DNA of 54,188 nt. Origin: a virus. Its lineage: Duplodnaviria; Caudoviricetes. Every line of letters starts with the position of its first letter. The stretch's first letter is position 1. Below are positions 22,001-29,400 of this stretch, in pieces. The notes beneath the pieces were generated by a model. That model worked only from the letters and a program-made list of their open reading frames with translations, searched no databases and had not been told where the DNA came from. Made by a program: the position numbers and the translations under genes. Where the stretch lies: positions 1 to 54,188 of IMG/VR virus record IMGVR_UViG_3300008050_007858. One strand, 5' to 3'.

Positions 22001-22665
22001 CCGTTGCTTGCTGAAATATAGATTTGAAAACGTCCATACGAATCTGAACTAGCCGTAATGCCATTCCATAAATCCATAATAACCTGACGGTCAGAAGAGG
22101 TGGAGGTATTTGTGATCGAATCCTTCTTGAAGAAAAATTCTACTGAAGATCCACTTGGTCCGCCAAACTCTAGATTGTTTGTCCTATCTTGAGGTACGCT
22201 ATAAATGGTTGTCTTATGAGGTCCGCCCTTTACATTAATATATTCAGGGTTAGATGATATGGCATAGCCGTTAATTCCCGGAGTTGAAATCTCGGCGGCA
22301 GAGTTGGCCCCGACGGTGACATACCCTGTGGACTTGGGATATTGCTTATCATAAATATATTGTTCAAAAAGGTTTAAGTCGTTATAAAACTTAAGCTTTT
22401 CATAAGCGGACCCATCATATGGATAGTACCCCTTGATATATTCAAAAGAATCTTTATAGTATTTCTCAGCAGAACCAAATTTGGCAAAATTTTCCGGGTT
22501 AGAATAATCTACAGGAGGAATAAATGTGTAGTTTTTCCGTATGCTTTCGGAGAGATGCCCTGCTGACTCAATCCCTGGTCCTGGGCTGCTAACATCTGTG
22601 CTCTTCAGATATTTGCTAACTACCGTTGTCTGTTTATTTTTCTCAAATAACCTCTTAATGGTCAT
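13099..22665 (-). CDS. 3188-aa giant baseplate/tail protein with LamG (concanavalin A-like) domain(s) and a P2 gpI/T4 gp7-like wedge motif
   Basis: SVEFFFK...GSWHHYAFTF...FYVDG...SASLDEFRFWKTART is LamG-like. A second LamG-like block has EKWNLALS...RISSVRYW. IYNNLVYIYKSKGTEKAIRNFIRCLG (~20900) matches the tail protein I KGT motif. Confidence 0.7.
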   Translation of the reverse strand: MTIKRLFEKNKQTTVVSKYLKSTDVSSPGPGIESAGHLSESIRKNYTFIPPVDYSNPENFAKFGSAEKYYKDSFEYIKGYYPYDGSAYEKLKFYNDLNLFEQYIYDKQYPKSTGYVTVGANSAAEISTPGINGYAISSNPEYINVKGGPHKTTIYSVPQDRTNNLEFGGPSGSSVEFFFKKDSITNTSTSSDRQVIMDLWNGITASSDSYGRFQIYISASNGGAQDRFYVTLQSGSSSPAYFSTPVPTTGGLDLSSGSWHHYAFTFDTSLKQPELDFYVDGICFERSITAGAEIGLVTGSLRANLGALVTSSTTYAVVDQFGAPSDQAGQGKLSASLDEFRFWKTARTAEDIGRYWFSHVDGGTNKHDANVALGLYYKFNEGITGTGSADKVVLDYSGRISNGLFTGYNGALTRNTASAIDSMSLISKREVKDPAVRQTIQYVYNKDSLVSLGNYYDLNNSAGLINTFPKWIREEDEENSKELEDLVQVVSNYFDVLHAQIGAVSKIRNTSYPSGSETGSLNEFPYNDRLLETLGTEAPELFENIGTLAQYAQRDEQINFDQALFSIKNSIYKNIYNNLVYIYKSKGTEKAIRNFIRCLGVGENIIAVNIYPSNEDYILRNNYLDGVSAKKYIDTSGLRHKQDAYGTIYQYYDSRNPGSSFGLISGSSPTGSHETTFDEFAFTLEAEVVFPDKSNKDMLSYEVPSLVSASLFGFHTPQFNSPTSTALQWATQYMDFGLKVQAVRSPSTYAEIVSPDSHVKDVYFAVYDRNDALLLTSSIFQGVYENEKWNLALSVKAPKYPFAQKVLGTTISDGSSTPSSSYALELCGYNYNTGLLRNSFSVKKSVSYISGSQYLNLAKRIYAGSERTDFTGSAIAPTDVRISSVRYWTDYLPTGTIDLHAKETDSFGRLNPYRNAYGFQNKAPGVFIPEIETLALNWDFNNVTGSNASGKFWVDDFSSGSNSTQYLNNYQGDDFSSLNLRQHTGRGDFFEASSEPAIKQYTFSQKLQVPEYAASSDMVNIVVSDDERFNRNMRPISYFYAVEKSLYKSLSERMLQLFASMEEMNNLIGEPVYKYRQDYKSLEKMREIFFRNSDTNIIDFEKYVKFYKWIDTSMSELVEQLFPASARFAKNIRTVVENHILERPKVKYGYPGKFRRNVPSPVATITNTDSLCPDIPGWKYSHAPLPTPAGVQDEAENCWWWRTRANRSNINISSSVWGVNADKTSILSAVQSLHTSSNVYCFSGEFSTPIVGGINQYLNKIRNVKDVVYTDFTFDQEVCNDALKPPELQKKWVSFKASDGYQSYKGQRLSPFTALSSSQATAGIVDDYKAALVSHDITNVALTNMHEDSIHPVEYSIPMQGPFTQQHVGGIQARHVNPMRKLMATSPRIRGPRKESHTLTLATSQISLNRITTGIIPKGNYLRGLASKSPVNISNIPTFTGSIEAWEGALPIGNFTENYEVIEGGDRTLANVDFIYNTADYSLDSSALPTTGSAMPTVFVTPPSSRTLLSTSPSGSGIYGAFIYESPRQKANRRITKSIIANQFAAPGSPQDSSQQARDIPSDQFSPNNALPFRNEAVRRIGNLTNRSMGQSLGGGAGIHGYLKIYTGWGGFQQNLVDSVVGGSTDEFNYATSLYGADALAHFNAGKESPIVVLPISQPNIINASHGNGFYRFSPKMPPGGGSPGGGGLAALHKTQRNTTLRREIYYEVGYPPLDPWVYKTGSIRDNGFVTRPIPAADNMLWVWALSGSDNPSYQRYLLSGTQLPPNMTTYTSSLGISPYLGTSAFTGSAGSVRYLWARQPFYSPFSQLRSGEIKPARNLNKNLMYRLPLISRRLRPDENPDNGGIVISTGGKSSTYINRTGISITNRFSNAYKETPITSRYKPLRTFIKTSPGSAARTEYEPRNQINTTVKYSYGNVLMGFANRPLNQHYRRWKWYRGKIKRPYEIIRDNYVQGVASQVDGVNIVQLNSYSETIYPQEIYTYFSESRARLNFTIGFWKDDVNINATSAMASMATFTAVTDLSSEVNQRQVSRNANRWKSAFETSQGYTLKNVDQQPYASVPPTGDGTGSIWPLDSWIFSEFNTQDGFYLSEDLAGAAAALPCGELLLTHYGTAYNAGATLVSPQYVTKANTVSSQYVYNAPSRFINAGKGYDFSPAILAPGGPLTRPFWSAARSRVSIYGDTLNKQYPFYNSYEDFHEDTRLAGQEYTIVPEFRVSEHYPTYLENIDPLNRVTTTLSLTGANHDNYNSSFNDFYNRYVYTDYVENLEDFMAEGGIDLLFNKYPKHFELSSDALIKFLPYDGFYPQDRSLQISTLFSSSYSGAATYGGASGSSPMRWRTLLRPFFAPGILYNSIKSGISVDYPVLRDGIQSQTIYPIPATQPLSGLKSGSYSSAVPAANIPGNTRRPSSTDDGGGWNFADNLTGSDLATFWWSQRFPFEAILNPDEYLKRTDNADIILSDVNMYLYNDVTGSVKEGGNDTLYRNAISNFLGATPKFFLKKKKTANAEPGFMTKFVSKFGNPKNFTGDGSDLQGGVNVVQVRENIAYMMEVGLQKTSNMNLYNNPYAFGVPTATGSTTTTWTGYNIATDDSTSTGERPKEAEWPHHRGEFAPFTPPYYYGPSLARFTYIPQAGVTEVTLEEILDQSYVEFINESGSYYDFSSGSFWCPDAGAYVSTTATPKYEWNRAWQNRMDIDRSIVINNIFPTDNGTYRTLNPNKWVIMPKWECPILDHRNTSTSATGEWNFSSSVAVGEYNSQTYGMWHSSGRKPKDGEGIYMFLRDISKKDLDYRLVGDPSQAAPSACTGRYRYCSKIPKYVYEKLGNSPRIESLASLVGFDESEIMRGGWDPRRAKKLGELQDDGPEQKIFSEGVVAIPFYRDKDNIVRVMTLRGDYATLGPKVKEFRRSFTKYSFPPGIMTRLKPMVPTGYPDIPEIINPFGPDTFDTLDNAPDPESRYAVPVIYLMEHVVAFSEQDLADIWQGIMPNSSTRVQKSLVGIDHYMPAEETEGVGANVFPEVFKAQELLGVPQTGVPRHDLLDTTFTKNGFNPEIRWMVFKVKERGTRSYTQLIQEEVEGIENLTFDAIVREASSRLGVGAEQLESYRRTWEETKYHLDHLPGYNWPYDYCSLTEMVKINTKVGFRPDLDRELADQRRPLPELPGEGYIFTPPPPGPSLDNLTAGIGLQFRPSG

Positions 22666-24170
22666 GGTTCTTCTTCGCTTATCCGGAACTTAAATATATC
22701 TGGCTGGACTTTATATTGTCCGTTTAATTTATAGGCGAACTGTATACCATAAGAATATCCCTTGTCAAGGTAAGAAGTATCAAGATCAAAATAGTTACCA
22801 CTGACGTCGAATGACATTTTAGTAGCGTTACTGCTACCGGTGCCAAAACTTATTACATCTTGCCGGTCGATGGTCCGAAAAACCCTATAGTAAGCCTCCT
22901 CAATAATCTGCGGCTTAATAGTGCCCACTGCGACATTATAAATATTAGGGTTCCAATCATATTTCCTGATAAACGCTCGGAGGCGAGGTTGCTGCCCTTG
23001 GCGGTAAGTGGGCTCTAGATTAGCAATGGTGGTAACTTTTTTATCTTCGTAAATTAAAGGAGAGGCGGTAAGCACTTGAGGCTCGTAAGATCCCGTAAAG
23101 TACTGAACGGGGTTAGACGAGAAATCAGGACCAACTGATCCAGTATACCACACATCATACAAAACGTCCTGAGTTCCCGTACACGCAAAAGAGGCTGTAT
23201 AAATTCCGGTTATATCGGTGCCAAATTCGTTTAACAATCCTCCGGTAACATAGGTAACGGTGTTGTTGTTACCATCAACAATTAAGCCAGGAATAGCGGC
23301 TCCAGACAGTGCTGAATAAACTGCTACCCTCAAATAATTTTTAGCTAAATGAGGTATATTCTTTAGTTGCCCGTTGATGACATTGTAAAGATAAAGGGTG
23401 TTAAGATTGTCCTCGCCAGTAAGCAAGCTACTACTTACAGCAAAATTGCCTCGATTATCTTGGCGACTACTATCCCATTCTGCCTGGATGTAAGGCCTCT
23501 TGAGAAAGTATTCGCTCGTTCTTCCAAAGAACTTCTTGGTATAAAAGCTCCCAAGTGATCCTGAAATAACTTTATCGCTGTTTTTAATCAGAAATCCGTA
23601 ATTGTTCACAGCCCCAGCACGCCATCGGTCCATGGCAAAATCTATGTTCACGGTAAGGTCTTCTACCCCGCCTGAAAAGAAATAGCTGGCGGAGCGTGGT
23701 ACGTTGGTAAAATCGGAATCTCGATAGTAGTCTCCGCCCTCAGTAGTCCACGCAACATTGGTCTTTCGTTGTCCCCAGTTCGATGCCCCTAGATCAGTAT
23801 AATTGTCCATATCTAATCCACGTCCCTCTATCCACTCTGATTTAGCTATGGCAACATCTAAGCTATAGCTCAGTGGGGTGGTGCCAGCATGTGGGGCGTT
23901 GAACATTTTTAAGGTATACGAAACACTAGAAGAGGGAACCGACCCGGCAGTAATATCAGATAAAATAGTGTCTACCGGAAAATGAATTAGAACCCGTGAT
24001 TGTTCTGCATTAGCAGCACTAATAGATGCCGAAGTTTGACCGTGTATTACAAATGTCTCTAAAATATCGGCAGCACCCATATTAGAACCAGTACCCCGAG
24101 TCACAAGGCTGCCCTTGAAAGCGTTTGTTATGGTGTTATCAATATTGGCGTAATATCTCTTGATAGCCAT
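22662..24170 (-). CDS. 502-aa virion protein, N-terminal DNRLRE/CBM96-like beta-sandwich
   Basis: DNTI...N.G...SRVLIHF...LKMF...WIEG...SNW...WTTEGGDY pattern. Sits between the gp6-like and gp7-like genes with overlapping start/stop codons. Confidence 0.5.
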   Translation of the reverse strand: MAIKRYYANIDNTITNAFKGSLVTRGTGSNMGAADILETFVIHGQTSASISAANAEQSRVLIHFPVDTILSDITAGSVPSSSVSYTLKMFNAPHAGTTPLSYSLDVAIAKSEWIEGRGLDMDNYTDLGASNWGQRKTNVAWTTEGGDYYRDSDFTNVPRSASYFFSGGVEDLTVNIDFAMDRWRAGAVNNYGFLIKNSDKVISGSLGSFYTKKFFGRTSEYFLKRPYIQAEWDSSRQDNRGNFAVSSSLLTGEDNLNTLYLYNVINGQLKNIPHLAKNYLRVAVYSALSGAAIPGLIVDGNNNTVTYVTGGLLNEFGTDITGIYTASFACTGTQDVLYDVWYTGSVGPDFSSNPVQYFTGSYEPQVLTASPLIYEDKKVTTIANLEPTYRQGQQPRLRAFIRKYDWNPNIYNVAVGTIKPQIIEEAYYRVFRTIDRQDVISFGTGSSNATKMSFDVSGNYFDLDTSYLDKGYSYGIQFAYKLNGQYKVQPDIFKFRISEEEP

Positions 24171-25963
24171 TATTTAACCACTCCTTTTACGTCCACATCG
24201 GGAAGTAGTATTTCCCCTACTGAGTCGGGTGGGATAATTATATATCGGCCATCATCGGACAAGTTAGACCGCACATCAAATACATAGTCGCTATAAACAC
24301 CACCTGATTTATTTTCGAATTCTACATGGATGGTGTCCGTGACTCCCGGAACATCGTTGAGCAATTTATATATTTCCGAGATATAGATTGCTTCTCCGAT
24401 GTCACGCTTAATATTGAGATAATTATTCTTAAGATATTGTACACAATCTTGAAGTACTTTATACCGGTTTACATCCAAGTCTGCCAAGATTTCAAAGTTT
24501 ATCCCTAAATTAATAACTTTTCCGTCCAAAATATCGATAGTATCATTCACCATACGGTAGCGGTTAAGCCATATCTTGAGGTTGTTTCGTAAGGTGGTAT
24601 TGGGGGTTGTAAAATTGCCTGATGTGTTCTCGCATAGGGTATAAATATTCAAATTTCTTTTATATGAACCAGGGTCTTGAATAACATTTACTCTCTTCAG
24701 TTTGCCGAACTTTGACGGCATTCGATAGCACAAGTTAATATAATCATTTCGGGTGACGGCTCTATTTTGAGTAGCAAAAGTGGCATAGGCTCGGGTTCGG
24801 ATTTCGTCGGCTGTGAGGGTGCTGGTATCCCCGAGGATCGGGTTTTCATTATCCACCTCTAGTGAGTCCTCGACCAGAGAAACTTGAGTTGCGGATAAAT
24901 TTCCCTGGTTTTTAAATGTGAATTTTGGGAACGTGACGGTAACTACGGTATTGACGGGTGCGTTTACATTCTCCACGTCATTGGCGGCATAGTCAATAGT
25001 AAGAGTAGTGTTAACGGGCACGACTCCAAACTTATCGGAAGTTATTAAATCCGATGGGTCGAAAGTTTCATCCGCTATATATTTTCTTCCTGTGGTTCTT
25101 AAGACAACATCCGAAGGGTCGGCTATTAAGTCGCCCGTAAGGTTGTCGGCAGAGCCATATCCAAATTGTAAAGTGGTGTTTCCAGCGACATCGTGCTCAA
25201 CCGTAAACCTTCGTGGGACAGGCGTAGCTGTGAGTACATAAGGGGTCGCCGTCATATCTGAATTAAAGTTTGCTTGTTCCTTATAAACTACGTCCTCTGT
25301 GAGATAATTTACCTCGTAATATTCGTTTCCTTGAGAGTCTTTCACTGACAATATTTCAGAAATATTATTGGCTCCAACCGGGACTCGTCGGAATCTTTGA
25401 TAATTTCCTATCTGAACATTTGTTTGGAATTGTTTTCCGGATATTACTTGCCCATAGGCTTTTACCGCAAAAGACAAAGGAACACCAGTGGTCGGGTCTA
25501 CCGCAGCGACAGTGACCTCGTTGGAGCTTTTGGCAAAATCAACATTCTCCACAAGAGTAAAACTAGATCCCCCATTTGAGGTGAGGATAGTTCCTCGCTG
25601 TAAAATAGGAAAATAAGACAAGTCTGGCCCACGAGAAGTGGCGTTAGCCGGTACCGTTATATAAAACGAGCAAATCCCTGTAGATGTAGCGGAGCCGGGC
25701 TGTTTATACCCTAGTTGCTGGGCCAGTCGGGAAATATTAGAAAATTCAATTGCGCTATCCAAAAAGCTTTCGTTTGCTTGATAATCAGTATAAAAAGATA
25801 GCTGATCTCCTACATAAGAAACCATATCCAAGACCAGAGAACCAAAGGATGCTTCATTGAAATCTTTAAAGGTTGTGGGATAGTATCGTTTGGCATAATT
25901 CACCAAATCATTTTTGATACTCTCGAAATCTCTACTAGTATAATTAATGGGTCGTTTAGACAT
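24170..25963 (-). CDS. baseplate wedge subunit (T4 gp6 / baseplate J-like)
   Basis: INYTSRDFESIKNDL...DFNEAS...LDMVSYVGDQLSFY...ANESFL and QNRAVTRNDY are hallmark gp6/J motifs. Follows the gp25-like gene. Confidence 0.9.
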   Translation of the reverse strand: MSKRPINYTSRDFESIKNDLVNYAKRYYPTTFKDFNEASFGSLVLDMVSYVGDQLSFYTDYQANESFLDSAIEFSNISRLAQQLGYKQPGSATSTGICSFYITVPANATSRGPDLSYFPILQRGTILTSNGGSSFTLVENVDFAKSSNEVTVAAVDPTTGVPLSFAVKAYGQVISGKQFQTNVQIGNYQRFRRVPVGANNISEILSVKDSQGNEYYEVNYLTEDVVYKEQANFNSDMTATPYVLTATPVPRRFTVEHDVAGNTTLQFGYGSADNLTGDLIADPSDVVLRTTGRKYIADETFDPSDLITSDKFGVVPVNTTLTIDYAANDVENVNAPVNTVVTVTFPKFTFKNQGNLSATQVSLVEDSLEVDNENPILGDTSTLTADEIRTRAYATFATQNRAVTRNDYINLCYRMPSKFGKLKRVNVIQDPGSYKRNLNIYTLCENTSGNFTTPNTTLRNNLKIWLNRYRMVNDTIDILDGKVINLGINFEILADLDVNRYKVLQDCVQYLKNNYLNIKRDIGEAIYISEIYKLLNDVPGVTDTIHVEFENKSGGVYSDYVFDVRSNLSDDGRYIIIPPDSVGEILLPDVDVKGVVK

Positions 25964-25992
25964 GTTTTAAATTTCCACCGGATTGTTATTCT

Positions 25993-26000
25993 TAATTAGT
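25993..26000 (-). promoter_or_regulatory. candidate late promoter motif ACTAATTA
   Basis: Overlaps the gp25 stop codon, about 30 nt upstream of the gp6-like start. Confidence 0.4.
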
Positions 26001-26397
26001 CACCTGCGGAAGTAATTTGTAAGGTGTCTTGTAAGTTCAAACTACCAATATTATAGTGAATCGATACCTTGACTTCATTAGCAGCCAATAAGGAATCGGT
26101 GTCTGAAGTTTCAAACCGAACCGCCAAGATATTAATGAAGGACATATATTTCTCTGTTTGCTCGTAAATTCTGGTAGTTATTTCTTGATAGGTCTTGCCT
26201 GCCATTGGCTCGAAAAGCATTTCATAAAGACCAACACCGAACTCCGGTAACATAATACGTTCCCCACGAACTGTTAAGAGGAGGTTTTTAAAGTTTTGTT
26301 TAACGTTTTCGCCCAATGCCTTAGTCAGGGCATAGGGTCCGTCCTCACTACTATATGAGAGCGGCAACCTAACTCCTATTCCTTCCATTTTGCTCAT
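25996..26397 (-). CDS. baseplate wedge / sheath initiator (gp25 / GPW family)
   Basis: VKQNFKNLLLTVRGERIMLPEFGVGLYEMLFE is the gp25 signature. SD AGGAGG. Confidence 0.9.
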   Translation of the reverse strand: MSKMEGIGVRLPLSYSSEDGPYALTKALGENVKQNFKNLLLTVRGERIMLPEFGVGLYEMLFEPMAGKTYQEITTRIYEQTEKYMSFINILAVRFETSDTDSLLAANEVKVSIHYNIGSLNLQDTLQITSAGD

Positions 26398-26406
26398 GCT
26401 GTCCTC

Positions 26407-29400
26407 CTACCTGAGACTGTTTCTTGTTTCAGCGAATATGCGTTGCTGTTCTTTTATATTAATTATCAACTCTCTCAACAATTCTGCTTCTGTACATTCC
26501 GAAATATAACGAGACCGTAGAGGAAGTTTAGGCTTGGCGTTGTTTCCTAGGTTTTCTTCATCATAGGGAACATTAGTTGTATAAGTTTGTCCACCTACTT
26601 CTATTTCAAATTCATAATTTTCTGTATCCACGAGCCAGTCTGGGTGTGTGTCTATCCAGTGGTCCGCTGAGATTTGGGCAAAACCTTCTTTTATAAGGGC
26701 CCTTACTAGTTCTAGATATTCTTGGTACTCTCCTTCTAGACTTGTAATCAAATCAAGTAAAGCCCTAATTCTTGTCTTTGAATCATCCGATTCCAAGTGT
26801 TGTGAAGCAAACCACCCCACGAATAAACCGATGCCGCCGTCAGCACCCAGGCCTGCCCATTTTACAACAGGTTTGTCTAAAAGGTTATCGCTATATGACG
26901 TGGTTAATATATGTTGGAAATCAAGCCCTATCCATTCGGGACTTCCCCACTCGCCGCCATACTTTATTCTTCTTTTTATCCAGTTCCAATATCCTGCGAG
27001 GTATCTAATGTTACGATTGACCGGATCTGCCCCCTCTTGATTGCCCCAAAAATCAGTATCTGCGACTGAACTGAGGGCAAGAACACCCCAGGCAGCGCCG
27101 AGGGCAGCGGATCCGTAAGGGTTCGCCATTTGAAAATTAGCCCAAGCATAGGTTGCCATGGCTGCGTCAGGCCATATACTGGATCCTCTTCCTGCCGCAG
27201 TATATATCCCGTCTGGCTCAGTCGCAGCGTTCATTTTTTCTATAATGGAAGCTTTTTTATCTTCCATTCGTTCTAGTATCTCATCTAGTCGTCTCAGGTC
27301 GGCATTGGACTGGTCGCATTCTCTGTCCTCACGAGCCGAGCGGCGCTCCATTTGTCCCATAGAATAAAAGGTCTCTCCCAATGCCGTAGTTGGGAACCCA
27401 GTATAAGGTACCGCAAACCTGGGCAATGAGGTGGGGTTGATGGCCAACAAAAACGCATCGTCAGCTATGCCAATACGAGAATTAGTTTCATACTCATATT
27501 TGGGGTATCGAGTGGTTAAATCTACTTGGGTATCAAAATATATGATATGCATGGCAGTTAAAAGAGGAACAGGTAAATAATATTGAACATCATGCCTATA
27601 CCAATCTTCTGGCTCGTGGGCCATTATCGCAGCAAAATTGTGTCTATCGGGACCTAGTATATAAGTTATTTGTTCTTCAGTAGGATCAAATCCATTTGTC
27701 CTAGGTGGGTATGGTGGATTACCCCGTTTATAATCTTGAGGATTAATGGACCCTAAATATATCAGAATGTCTTCTTTAAGCTGCTGTAACATCAGAGACC
27801 CCATAGCACGATAAGCTCTCTGATCATCATAAAAATTCTCGGTCGTGTTTCCGCTCATGCCGACACGATTGATAACTAAAATTATTGATTGCTTTATTAT
27901 TTCATAGAATTTTTGAGTTGCGTTGAGGTCTGCGCCAAATAAAATCTTTTCATTATTGAAAGATCCAAGCGAATTAGTAGCCCGAGAATAAGCCTGCTCA
28001 TCTTTTAGCCCAAACACTTCCAACACTGTATCTACATTTTGAATATATGCCCCGTACAAACCCTTTTCCTTCAACTCTTCCGTTATCTTGTTGAGCATAT
28101 AGGTTGAAATAGCCGTCACAGTATCTGTCGTACCCCAATAAGAATACACTCTAAGTAAAGGACCCACATTCAAGAAAAACTTAGATACTCTAGATTCAAT
28201 ACTTGTCATGAAAGCTTTAGCAATCGCCTCTTCTTGGGTAGTGATACAATCATCATCGTTTGCCAGAAAATAGGGAGTAACAAAAGATGTAATATAGGCA
28301 GGTAGCCTTGTTCTTGCTAGGGGCGTAAAATAAAAATCTGAAATTATTTCATAAATTGTTTCTCTATTATTTGACGCCGGCACTATTTGTCCTTGTTTTG
28401 TCCTAAATGTCGTATTATAAAGCTGCGTGTCGTCCATGAGATTGGGCAGTTTACTTATAAGCCCTGGGTCGAGTATAAGAGAGTACCCATTTTCATTGTT
28501 TCTTTCTGCCATGTTATTACGAACCAAAACAGTTCGGTAGTCGGGTTCCTGTTCCACCCTTATTCCAGTCCTTTGTAATACTATTTTATATTGATCCCCG
28601 GTAAGTTCTAAGTAAACATCTTTTTCTCGAATTTGAGGTCCGCTGGTCTCCGGAGCTTGGCGTCCATCTTCTAGAGTTACATCACCATATCTGATTGATT
28701 GATTGGCTGTCTTATAGAACCTTTCAACTTGGGGATCAGCAAGGGTAATGTCTGGAACTATAGGAAAAGGGGTAAACCATAAATTAATTGCATTCTGCTG
28801 TTGATCTAACGCTCGCCCCATTGGAGTTTCTAACAAGACGGTTCCCCGTGGCGGCTCGACGACTGGATCCTCAGTAAAGAGACTCATAAGTCCTTCCATA
28901 GCCGCATTACTAAGAGCAGCTATCCATCGAAGAATGGCGTCGTATATGCCGGCATTGGGTATATTATCTAAAAAGTCTTCAAGCTCCAATTGGAAATTAA
29001 ATTTTCCTTCCAACATAGAGCATAAGCTAATCAGTTCCCACCTTTTAGCATCTATGACTTCCTGAGCTTGTTGTTGTTTTTGTTCATCTGACAGGTCAAA
29101 TTCCCATCGAAGGTCGGGGGGTGTTGCTTCACGATCGTCACAATAAGATTCTACCGCAGTGATAGGGTCGTTCCCATATAGGGCGTCTCGTGCGGCTTGA
29201 GAGATTTGGTTCCCTAGTTCCCGAAAATAATTTACAATATTATCTTTTTCAAACCCCAAAATAGCGTATCTTATATCCGGCTCATTATCAGGTGGTTCGG
29301 CTCCGGTGCGGGGTCGCAGAGACTCTTGATACATGCTTACAACAATCTTATCGTCCCACTCTATCTGGGGTCGCTCGGCAAACAAGGCTTGAGTATCAAC

